The notes under the pieces are model-generated. The model worked only from the letters and a program-made list of their open reading frames with translations, ran no database searches and was not told the origin of the DNA. A stretch of DNA of 64,000 nt from Candidatus Parcubacteria bacterium (lineage in GTDB: Bacteria; Patescibacteriota; Minisyncoccia; UBA6257; 2-01-FULL-56-20), in the NCBI GenBank assembly GCA_027324805.1, contig DAHVRZ010000002.1, forward strand, positions 85,658-149,657. Direction: 5' to 3'. This document shows positions 8,478 through 14,677 of this stretch, in pieces. Every line of letters begins with the position of its first letter. Within the stretch, counting starts at the first letter, position 1. Position numbers and translations under genes: made by a program.

Positions 8478-8969
8478 TTATTCGTCGCAGCACGCGGCGA
8501 GTTTATTGACAAGCTCTTCGAATTGCGAGCTGCCTCTTGCTTCGTCTTTTATTTTCCGACCCGTAACTAGTTTCAATTTCAGCGCCCAAAAGATTGAATA
8601 TACCTTGTAGGCACCCTCAAATGTCTGCTTCGCACGCTGCTTCTCGCCTTCCGACTGCAACTTATTGCCAACCTCGATAAGGCGCATAGTCGTCGCAAGG
8701 AGGTGTTTTGCGATACACCACGTCTCGCCTTCATTTTCCGGCATCAACTGCGCGAGAAATTGTTTGCGTAACTCCCTGATCTCCTGCGCCGTATCGAAAT
8801 ACTCGTCTTTTTTTGTTTTTACACCGGTAAAAACAAAGTGTTCTTCGAGGCTCACGAGATTCATGACGGCAATGCTCAGATCTTCCGTCGTTGAAAGATC
8901 GACGCCCGCTTTCGCCTTGACCGATTCTATTCTTTTGAGGAACTCTTCCAGTGTTGGTTTTGTATTCAT
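8478..8969 (-). CDS. Hypothetical soluble protein (163 aa) ending AACCDE
   Basis: ORF in the tight minus-strand gene string, with no TM. Function unknown. Confidence 0.5.
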   Translation of the reverse strand: MNTKPTLEEFLKRIESVKAKAGVDLSTTEDLSIAVMNLVSLEEHFVFTGVKTKKDEYFDTAQEIRELRKQFLAQLMPENEGETWCIAKHLLATTMRLIEVGNKLQSEGEKQRAKQTFEGAYKVYSIFWALKLKLVTGRKIKDEARGSSQFEELVNKLAACCDE

Positions 8970-9054
8970 GGTAGTTTAATGGAATGATTGCGCACCAAAA
9001 AACCGCATTCCTGCGGTTTATGGCGCTACGAACGACACGGCGAATCTGGTTCGC

Positions 9055-9468
9055 TTAGGCGTTCATAGCGCAAAATAACGACGGATCACGCTTTTCAAGG
9101 AGAGATATCCAGCGATGCTGTTTACGGATGCCGTTCGCCTTCCCTTCGGTAACGATACCCAACCGGCGTTGTGTTATAAATGGCAGATCTGCGACGACAG
9201 AGACTGTAAGCCACGCGAAAACTGCCAATAAAGCCAAAAATGTAAAAGCTAATGAACTTACAATGCCGAGCGATGCCCCAAGGAGCGCGTTGATATGTAT
9301 TGTCGCGAATTGGAATGGGTTCATGCCGTTCACGCATTGCTGGCTCCCGGGAATCGCCGCGAGGCAATTCGCATGATTGCCCGCTCCCATATTGGCCATC
9401 GCAAAGCCGCCCGCCACGAGGGCAAGGACGGCTGTTAGGATGACCATGGTTGCGAGCGCCGATTTCAT
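9055..9468 (-). CDS. Membrane protein with extracytoplasmic Cys pair (HANCLAAIPGSQQC)
   Basis: ORF of 137 aa with a signal/TM segment and an internal TM. It lies directly downstream of csoR. Confidence 0.5.
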   Translation of the reverse strand: MKSALATMVILTAVLALVAGGFAMANMGAGNHANCLAAIPGSQQCVNGMNPFQFATIHINALLGASLGIVSSLAFTFLALLAVFAWLTVSVVADLPFITQRRLGIVTEGKANGIRKQHRWISLLEKRDPSLFCAMNA

Positions 9469-9469
9469 G

Positions 9470-9739
9470 CTATCTTCGTTGTGATAATTTATACACTTTC
9501 AAGATCTCGTCAGCGGCCTTTTTACCATGTCCTGCTTTCATCTGCATCGCTACGTGGGTAGCAAGATGATTCTCAAGGAGCAAGCCCTCAATGCCGGAAA
9601 GCGCCTGCTTGATAGCGGACGACTGCGTAATAACGTCAATACAGTACTTTTCCTCATCGATCATCTTTTCCAGGCCCTTGATCTGGCCTTTTACGATCTG
9701 TAATCGCCGCAGGGCTTTTTTCTTAATAACCTTATTCAT
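9470..9739 (-). CDS. csoR: CsoR/RcnR/FrmR-family (DUF156) metal-sensing transcriptional repressor
   Basis: ALRRLQIVKGQIKGLEKMIDEEKYCIDVITQSSAIKQALSGIEGLLLENHLATHV is a very close match to the family helix bundle. The sensory positions read Y-C ... H-x3-H. The start was placed at the internal MNKVIKKK, giving 89 aa. Confidence 0.8.
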   Translation of the reverse strand: MNKVIKKKALRRLQIVKGQIKGLEKMIDEEKYCIDVITQSSAIKQALSGIEGLLLENHLATHVAMQMKAGHGKKAADEILKVYKLSQRR

Positions 9740-9745
9740 ATCTTC

Positions 9746-9774
9746 ATGATACCCCTCTAGGGTATAAGTGTCAA
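9746..9774 (-). promoter_or_regulatory. Promoter of csoR operon: TTGACA-N17-TATCAT with operator palindrome ATACCC-CTCTA-GGGTAT (about 9749..9765) in the spacer; csoR ATG 6 nt after -10 (leaderless)
   Basis: The minus-strand sequence reads TTGACACTTATACCCTAGAGGGGTATCATGAAGAT-ATG. Coordinates are +/-1 nt. Confidence 0.6.
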
Positions 9775-9800
9775 ATAAACCATCCATAATGATATCCATT

Positions 9801-9813
9801 CCCTATGGTAGGG
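9801..9813. promoter_or_regulatory. Short palindrome CCCTA-TGG-TAGGG between the divergent promoters
   Basis: Seen directly in the intergenic sequence. Possibly an additional half-operator. Confidence 0.3.
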
Positions 9814-9841
9814 TTGACAACATACCCCTGCGGGGTATCAT
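9814..9841 (+). promoter_or_regulatory. Promoter of gene 9905..10246: TTGACA-N16-TATCAT with operator palindrome ATACCCC-TGC-GGGGTAT (9822..9838) in the spacer
   Basis: The sequence reads gggTTGACAacATACCCCTGCGGGGTATCATgg. It is divergent from and architecturally identical to the csoR promoter. Confidence 0.6.
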
Positions 9842-9904
9842 GGAGAGGTAAACGTATTGTGGATACATCAATAATAAAGGTCGTCAACGCAAAAGCAATT
9901 CATT

Positions 9905-10246
9905 ATGGAAGAACATACGCACGAATACGGTCATCACATATTGCTTCGCTGGGTACTCGGCATTCTTATTTTGGTCGTGGTCTTTTGGATGGGCGTCCAA
10001 GTGGGCGAGTTCAGAACCGCCTTCGGATACAGCTACGGAATGTGGCCGGGCATGATGGGGAATAATTACTACGGTGCCACTCCTTATCCTTATGGCTATC
10101 CGATGATGGGAGGATATTATTATGGAGGCCAGACTGCGGGTCCGTCCCAATCTACGACAACCACCGCGCCGACTTACTATTACGGCCCTGGCGGTATGAT
10201 GCAGGGGTATTATCAGAACGCACCACAAACGACCAGCGCAAAGTAG
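9905..10246 (+). CDS. Small membrane protein with His-rich N-terminus (EEHTHEYGHH) and Gly/Tyr/Met/Pro-rich low-complexity C-terminal tail
   Basis: ORF of 113 aa with one TM. The tail reads YGMWPGMMGNNYYG...YPMMGGYYYGG...GGMMQGYY. It is transcribed divergently from csoR from an operator-bearing promoter. Confidence 0.55.
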   Translation: MEEHTHEYGHHILLRWVLGILILVVVFWMGVQVGEFRTAFGYSYGMWPGMMGNNYYGATPYPYGYPMMGGYYYGGQTAGPSQSTTTTAPTYYYGPGGMMQGYYQNAPQTTSAK

Positions 10247-10315
10247 CCAGCGATAAAAGAAACCGTACCGGACATTTTATCCGATACCCGCTATGCTTAT
10301 ATCTGGGCGGCAAGC

Positions 10316-10344
10316 AAAAATCCCGCGATGAGCGGGCATTTTTG
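10316..10344. terminator. Bidirectional Rho-independent terminator (A5-TCCCGCGATGAGCGGGCA-T5)
   Basis: A hairpin at 10322..10336 is flanked by A- and T-tracts. It lies between the convergent genes 9905..10246 (+) and 10354..10581 (-). Confidence 0.55.
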
Positions 10345-10353
10345 TTCCTAATT

Positions 10354-10569
10354 TTATTCAATTCCCATCTTATCCAAGATGTGCGCCTCGATTTGGCGTA
10401 TCCGTTCCCTCGTAACTCCGAACGCCCTGCCGGTCTCTTCAAGGGTTCTCGATCGTCCGTCCGCAATGCCGAACCGCAACTCGAAAATCTGCATCTCCCG
10501 CGGGGTTAATTTCAGGACCTTCTTCATAGCCTTATATCGTTCAATGACGGCATCACGATCCCGTTTCAT
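10354..10569 (-). CDS. Stand-alone sigma-70 region 4 (HTH) domain protein, ~71 aa
   Basis: [48 protein letters not shown] is a classic sigma region 4.2 HTH. No regions 2 or 3 are present. A TATAAT at 10580..10585 overlaps the first ATG, so the mRNA is probably leaderless and starts at the second ATG (MKRDRD). Confidence 0.6.
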   Translation of the reverse strand: MKRDRDAVIERYKAMKKVLKLTPREMQIFELRFGIADGRSRTLEETGRAFGVTRERIRQIEAHILDKMGIE

Positions 10570-10597
10570 ATTGTTTATCATTATAGATTTATTTTAA

Positions 10598-10648
10598 AAA
10601 TTGGCTACTTTCTAACTACATCCAATAGCATCCGAAAGTAGCCAATTT
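10598..10648 (-). terminator. 15-bp perfect inverted repeat AAATTGGCTACTTTC / GAAAGTAGCCAATTT (21-nt spacer) overlapping the dcm stop codon, followed by T-run; terminator or protein-binding site
   Basis: Seen directly in the sequence. The large loop is atypical for an intrinsic terminator. Confidence 0.35.
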
Positions 10649-11636
10649 ATCCGCCAACGTCCCGTATCGCTCTCATCACTTCCGCCGCCACCTGCGGCAC
10701 AATGGCATTGCCCAAGGCTTTGATTCGCTCTACTCGGTGCTGTTTTACGGTGAGCTCGCATCCGTCCAGCCGGGCGGGAAGCCCATCATCCACTCGACAA
10801 AGATCGGTTGCAGCTTCAAGCCAGTCCGACCCTGCACCACCTCGCCAAAATTTGATTTTCCCCGGTCCGTATAGGAAGCCCTGCTGTCCTGCGCTTTGGG
10901 CGTAGGCAGGATTTCGTAGAGCCGCGGCAATATTTGCCCGAGCCGCGCGCCGTGCCGATCGCCAGTCCTCTTTGACTGCCGGAAAAATTGTCCGTTCCCG
11001 TAATGAACGGTCTTCGTGTATTCCGCGCCAACAACCTCGCTTGCGACCGGCGTGGGAAGCATCGTGGGCAACGATCCAGACCCGATCCCTCCGGTGCGGG
11101 GCTTCGACGGCACAAGCTGGAATAACAAACGATTGGACTTCGTAGTTTTGATCTTCCAGGTCAGATAGCACTTGGTCGAGCGCCAGGTTGATGATGCCAG
11201 CAACGTTCTCGCCAATGATCCAATGGGGCCGCGTTTCTTTGATAACTCTGAGCATTTCAGGCCAGAGATAACGGTCATCCAGTTTGCCTCGGCGCTTTCC
11301 GGCGAAACTGAAAGGCTGGCAAGGAAAGCCACCCGTGAGGAGGTCAAGTTGATAGCCTGCGGCAAGTTTATGCTGTGCTTGCTCCCCTTTTTCATTTGAG
11401 AGCTTTTGAGATTCGGTGTGAAGCTGTCCGACGCTGTGGGCGTCGGCAACAAGTCGTTCGATTGATAACTCCCTGATGTCATTGTAGATTTTCGCATGTT
11501 TGAAATTCTTTTTTATTATTGCTTGGCAGAATTTGTTGTTATCACAGAATCCGACGTTCTCATACTTGTCGCCCCACACCCATTGCGCGGCGAGTGCAAA
11601 TCCGCCGATGCCGGAAAAAAGATCGAGGTGTTTCAT
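10647..11636 (-). CDS. dcm: DNA (cytosine-5)-methyltransferase
   Basis: C5-MTase motifs are present: DLFSGIGG (I), GGFPCQPFS (IV), ENV (VI) and LGNAIVPQV (X). The 329-aa length is typical. No restriction endonuclease or Vsr gene is nearby. Confidence 0.85.
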   Translation of the reverse strand: MKHLDLFSGIGGFALAAQWVWGDKYENVGFCDNNKFCQAIIKKNFKHAKIYNDIRELSIERLVADAHSVGQLHTESQKLSNEKGEQAQHKLAAGYQLDLLTGGFPCQPFSFAGKRRGKLDDRYLWPEMLRVIKETRPHWIIGENVAGIINLALDQVLSDLEDQNYEVQSFVIPACAVEAPHRRDRVWIVAHDASHAGRKRGCWRGIHEDRSLRERTIFPAVKEDWRSARRAARANIAAALRNPAYAQSAGQQGFLYGPGKIKFWRGGAGSDWLEAATDLCRVDDGLPARLDGCELTVKQHRVERIKALGNAIVPQVAAEVMRAIRDVGG

Positions 11637-11637
11637 G

Positions 11638-11901
11638 TCATGTGATGCCCGGGATCTTGCTGTAGACCCACCGCACGACTTTGTAGCTGAAATAGCCCGC
11701 TTCGATCACGAGCACGATCCCGAACGTGATAAACAGCTCCGGTATGGGCAGAAAGATGTCGAACAGCGCGAGGTAGTTCCCCGCCTGCGTAAGTGTACCC
11801 GCGAGATTGACGGAAAGCGTCGCCACGGGCAATAGCGTGAGCGGGGCCGTGATGAGCTGGATGAGATATATGAAAATCTGTAGAAGCCAGTAGATGATCA
11901 T
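11638..11901 (-). CDS. Small polytopic membrane protein (87 aa)
   Basis: Hydrophobic ORF that overlaps the upstream gene by 4 nt (ATGA-type coupling). Confidence 0.45.
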   Translation of the reverse strand: MIIYWLLQIFIYLIQLITAPLTLLPVATLSVNLAGTLTQAGNYLALFDIFLPIPELFITFGIVLVIEAGYFSYKVVRWVYSKIPGIT

Positions 11902-13226
11902 AGCGTGATGTGTTGCACGAAGCGCAATATCCAGAATCCAAGCATGAGGATCAGCATGAAGGATATTCCTGCCCTCAGCGGATCGAGCACCGACGAAAAG
12001 GCGGCGTAGGTGGTCGTACTCATGAGCGTGCTCGTGTTTGTACCTTCCTGAAAGTCCTGGAACGCCGTAATAATGATCTTCGCGTAGCCGAACGGTATCC
12101 GGTTGCCGAGATTGCCCCAGATTCCGTTGAAGGAATCAAAAAGGGCCGCCTGCTCCGACGTGTTCGGAATAAAGAGATTGCACCCTGCTTGTTCGAGATT
12201 GCCCACCGGATCATTAAGGAAGGTCGAGGTGGTGAATTGGCAGTTTGCGGGCGTCGAGGACGTTTCCCCGCCGCCGAAATTGAACATGCCATTAGGAAAT
12301 GGCGCAAAGGCGGGCGCGTTGTTGCTGATCGTGAAGCTGATGACCGACCCCGTGATGTCGAAATTCGTCGAGGTGTTCGCCACTTCGAGATCGGCGTACC
12401 ACACGCTCGAACTCGGCCCCTGCGGAGTGAGGAATTGGTAGGTTTGTGGAATCTTGAGCTCGGTGTCCGTGCCGGGCGGAAGATCGGTGTAGGTGGTCGA
12501 TGCGGCGAGCGTAAGGTTGCCCGGACCCGTGCCGAAGTGGACGGTTACGACCCCGCTCTGAGTGCTCGTCGAATTGTTCGAGAGATAAAAATCCCAATTC
12601 GGGAATTGCCCGATCACCGCGCCATCGAAAGGCTGGAGGAACACAGGCTGCACGAGTTCCTGGATGGAGTTCACGTAGAAGATCTGCCAGTAGGTGCTGC
12701 CGTCGGTCGGCAATGATTCTCCCACGCCACAGGTATAGCCGTTGTAATAGAAAAAAGTGAGATAGATCGGCGTCGCCTGGGTAATGCTCAAAGTCGGCAC
12801 GAATGAATTGGAATTGGCATTCCATACCGTGCTCATCGGGCCGTACGTGTTGCCGTACGGCGCCTGGCTCGCTCCCGCATAGCTGCTGCCGAAACCGCCC
12901 GCGCATCCGCCGCCCGTACCCACACCGCCATGCGTGAGGACGTGCCCGCCGGCCGACCATCCGGCATACGGGCCGTTGTAACTGAGCTCCGGATCGGTGC
13001 TTGTCCCATTGATCGAGACCATGATGCCACCGGGCAGGTCGTACCCGCCGAAGCCGAGCTGCACCTTGTGCCAGTCGATCACGAGGTTGCCGTTCTGGTC
13101 GAGGTAGATCGAATCGGGCTGGACGTAGGTCGAGGGCGCCGTGATGCTGAACGCGAGCGCGTCATGCGACGAGAATATGAAAATGCCGAGGAGCGCGGCG
13201 AGGCCGACAAAAATATATTTCTTCAT
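11898..13226 (-). CDS. Secreted Gly/Thr/Asn-rich 442-aa protein with signal peptide and C-terminal TM anchor (type I membrane protein)
   Basis: Signal peptide at MKKYIFVGLAALLGIFIFSSHDALA and a beta-rich low-complexity ectodomain with scattered Cys. The C-terminus is AGISFMLILMLGFWILRFV. No family recognised. Confidence 0.6.
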   Translation of the reverse strand: MKKYIFVGLAALLGIFIFSSHDALAFSITAPSTYVQPDSIYLDQNGNLVIDWHKVQLGFGGYDLPGGIMVSINGTSTDPELSYNGPYAGWSAGGHVLTHGGVGTGGGCAGGFGSSYAGASQAPYGNTYGPMSTVWNANSNSFVPTLSITQATPIYLTFFYYNGYTCGVGESLPTDGSTYWQIFYVNSIQELVQPVFLQPFDGAVIGQFPNWDFYLSNNSTSTQSGVVTVHFGTGPGNLTLAASTTYTDLPPGTDTELKIPQTYQFLTPQGPSSSVWYADLEVANTSTNFDITGSVISFTISNNAPAFAPFPNGMFNFGGGETSSTPANCQFTTSTFLNDPVGNLEQAGCNLFIPNTSEQAALFDSFNGIWGNLGNRIPFGYAKIIITAFQDFQEGTNTSTLMSTTTYAAFSSVLDPLRAGISFMLILMLGFWILRFVQHITL

Positions 13227-13254
13227 GGTGGTGGGCGGGGAAATTCCATGTTTG

Positions 13255-13506
13255 TTATTGCCCGCGGTGGCGGATCGCGCTGATCACGAATTCGACGACG
13301 ACGAGCGCGAGAAGGACGCCGATGATGAGCGACATGTACCCCTCAAGGCTCGTGAGAAGCGCGGTCGCTTGGGCGAGAATGTCGCCCGTGAGGTTGGACG
13401 GAAGCACGATGGTGTCGCTCGCCGTTTGCGCAAAAACGAAAGCAGGCGCAAAAAAGGCCAGCGAAACCAGCGATGAAACTGTGATAAATATTTTCTTCAT
13501 GCGCAT
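13255..13506 (-). CDS. VirB2/TrbC-like pilin-type small protein (signal peptide + C-terminal hydrophobic segment), paralog 1
   Basis: The 83-aa ORF MKKIFITVSSLVSLAFFAPAFVFAQTASD...MSLIIGVLLALVVVEFVISAI has type-IV-secretion pilin-like topology. The call rests on topology only. Confidence 0.45.
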   Translation of the reverse strand: MRMKKIFITVSSLVSLAFFAPAFVFAQTASDTIVLPSNLTGDILAQATALLTSLEGYMSLIIGVLLALVVVEFVISAIRHRGQ

Positions 13507-13572
13507 ACGTGAAGGGACGCCTCACTGCATCCCCTCGCCTATGGGCTCTAGGTAGGGCGGCAAAACCGATAC

Positions 13573-13845
13573 CTAGTGAGCGCGGGCTCGCGACTTCGGC
13601 AACAAGCCGATGACCTGCTTCGCGAAGTAGAACACGAGCGGGATCGCTGCGGCGACCACGACGAGGCCTAAAATGCCCTGATCCGTGAAGATGTTGGACA
13701 CCGAGGCCAGGAGGTCCGTAACCGTCGAGGACGGCACCGTCAACGCTCCCGCCGGGATCGACTGCGCGTGCGCGGCCGCGACGGCAACGATGCCGAGGAT
13801 GGTAGCGCCTGCGCCAGAAACCCACATGGAAATTTTCTTGACCAT
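13573..13845 (-). CDS. VirB2/TrbC-like pilin-type small protein, paralog 2
   Basis: MVKKISMWVSGAGATILGIVAVAAAHAQS...TDQGILGLVVVAAAIPLVFYFAKQVIGLL. The track's ORF begins at a TTG codon 19 codons upstream, and the ATG start at MVKK is preferred here. Confidence 0.45.
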   Translation of the reverse strand: MVKKISMWVSGAGATILGIVAVAAAHAQSIPAGALTVPSSTVTDLLASVSNIFTDQGILGLVVVAAAIPLVFYFAKQVIGLLPKSRARAH

Positions 13846-13885
13846 GGTTGTGTTAATTGGTTTATATTTGCGACCTTTATTTTTC

Positions 13886-14011
13886 TCATAGCCAGATGTC
13901 AATGAAAGTGAAGAAGAACGCGTGCAGCGTCGTCGCTGCGAACAGGAGCAAAATCCACGAGGGATTCACCACCTGCGACCACGCGAGGAATATTTGATCG
14001 AGCGGCTGCAT
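13886..14011 (-). CDS. Tiny membrane peptide (41 aa) MQPLDQIFLAWSQVVNPSWILLLFAATTLHAFFFTFIDIWL
   Basis: Hand-translated, since it falls below the track's length cutoff. Its start overlaps the upstream stop (TGATG). Confidence 0.35.
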   Translation of the reverse strand: MQPLDQIFLAWSQVVNPSWILLLFAATTLHAFFFTFIDIWL

Positions 14012-14166
14012 CAGTGATTGAACCCGTCATTTTTGACCACGACCTTGAGCCACTTGTCTCCCGTGATACCGAGGAATATCCCCACCACGCCGTCAACGAG
14101 CGCCACGATGCAGAAATCGAGGGCGAACGTGAGCAGGATAAGTGCGATGAAATACTGGAAGGTCAT
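14011..14166 (-). CDS. Tiny membrane peptide (51 aa) MTFQYFIALILLTFALDFCIVALVDGVVGIFLGITGDKWLKVVVKNDGFNH
   Basis: Hand-translated. Its start overlaps the upstream stop with an ATGA overlap at 14163..14166. Confidence 0.4.
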   Translation of the reverse strand: MTFQYFIALILLTFALDFCIVALVDGVVGIFLGITGDKWLKVVVKNDGFNH

Positions 14167-14327
14167 GCGGGTTGAATATGGTTATGGTCGTCGTCAATCG
14201 GCTCGTAGTGATAATCGTCATCTCCGTCATCGTCGGCATTTTCGTCAACCGACCAGATGAGCGCGAACATGACGAGCATGAGAGAAAGCGCGCCGGACCA
14301 GAAGCCGTTGAAAAAATCCCAATTCAT
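14163..14327 (-). CDS. Small membrane peptide (54 aa) with acidic/His tail (MNWDFFNGFWSGALSLMLVMFALIWSVDENADDDGDDDYHYEPIDDDHNHIQPA)
   Basis: Track ORF 14163..14348, trimmed to the internal ATG that forms an ATGA overlap with the upstream peptide's stop. Confidence 0.45.
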   Translation of the reverse strand: MNWDFFNGFWSGALSLMLVMFALIWSVDENADDDGDDDYHYEPIDDDHNHIQPA

Positions 14328-14467
14328 TTTCCAAGTAATTTTTGCCACCAGGACTTTTTCGGCGGGACGTAGAATCCCATCGGGCGCGGCGGGCGCTTGA
14401 GCGCCGCGAGGCGCTTTGCGAGCCAGTACAAGATGACGAAACCGATGATGGTAAGGATAGGTGTCAT
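14324..14467 (-). CDS. Tiny membrane peptide (47 aa) MTPILTIIGFVILYWLAKRLAALKRPPRPMGFYVPPKKSWWQKLLGK
   Basis: Hand-translated. It starts 9 nt after the stop of the Cys-rich peptide. Confidence 0.4.
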   Translation of the reverse strand: MTPILTIIGFVILYWLAKRLAALKRPPRPMGFYVPPKKSWWQKLLGK

Positions 14468-14476
14468 GGTGGTGAT

Positions 14477-14638
14477 CTAATCTTCTTCGTCATCAATTTC
14501 CTCATCGTCTTCGTCGTCATCATCCAGATCGTCTTCGACATCGCCCAATTCATCGCCATATCCTTCATGGCAATGGCAGTTGCAAATATCCGGGCCATCA
14601 CAGAAATCGGGGTTGGAACAAATTGAGCAGACGATCAT
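14477..14638 (-). CDS. Cys6His2-rich peptide with poly-acidic tail (53 aa): MIVCSICSNPDFCDGPDICNCHCHEGYGDELGDVEDDLDDDDEDDEEIDDEED
   Basis: Hand-translated, with no internal stop. It is the first ORF after the AT-rich leader and has a metallothionein-like or zinc-knuckle-like Cys spacing. Confidence 0.4.
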   Translation of the reverse strand: MIVCSICSNPDFCDGPDICNCHCHEGYGDELGDVEDDLDDDDEDDEEIDDEED

Positions 14639-14677
14639 GATTCCATTTTGAAGCGGTCGTTAAAAAGTTTCCGCGGG

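Noticed and set aside
10745-11497. 250-aa alternate-frame ORF inside dcm
   Set aside because: The dcm frame carries all the C5-MTase motifs, while the alternate frame has none.
13899-14096. 65-aa track ORF MTAWWGYSSVSRETS...
   Set aside because: The same DNA is better explained by two translationally coupled hydrophobic micro-ORFs (14011..14166 and 13886..14011) whose start and stop codons interlock with their neighbours.
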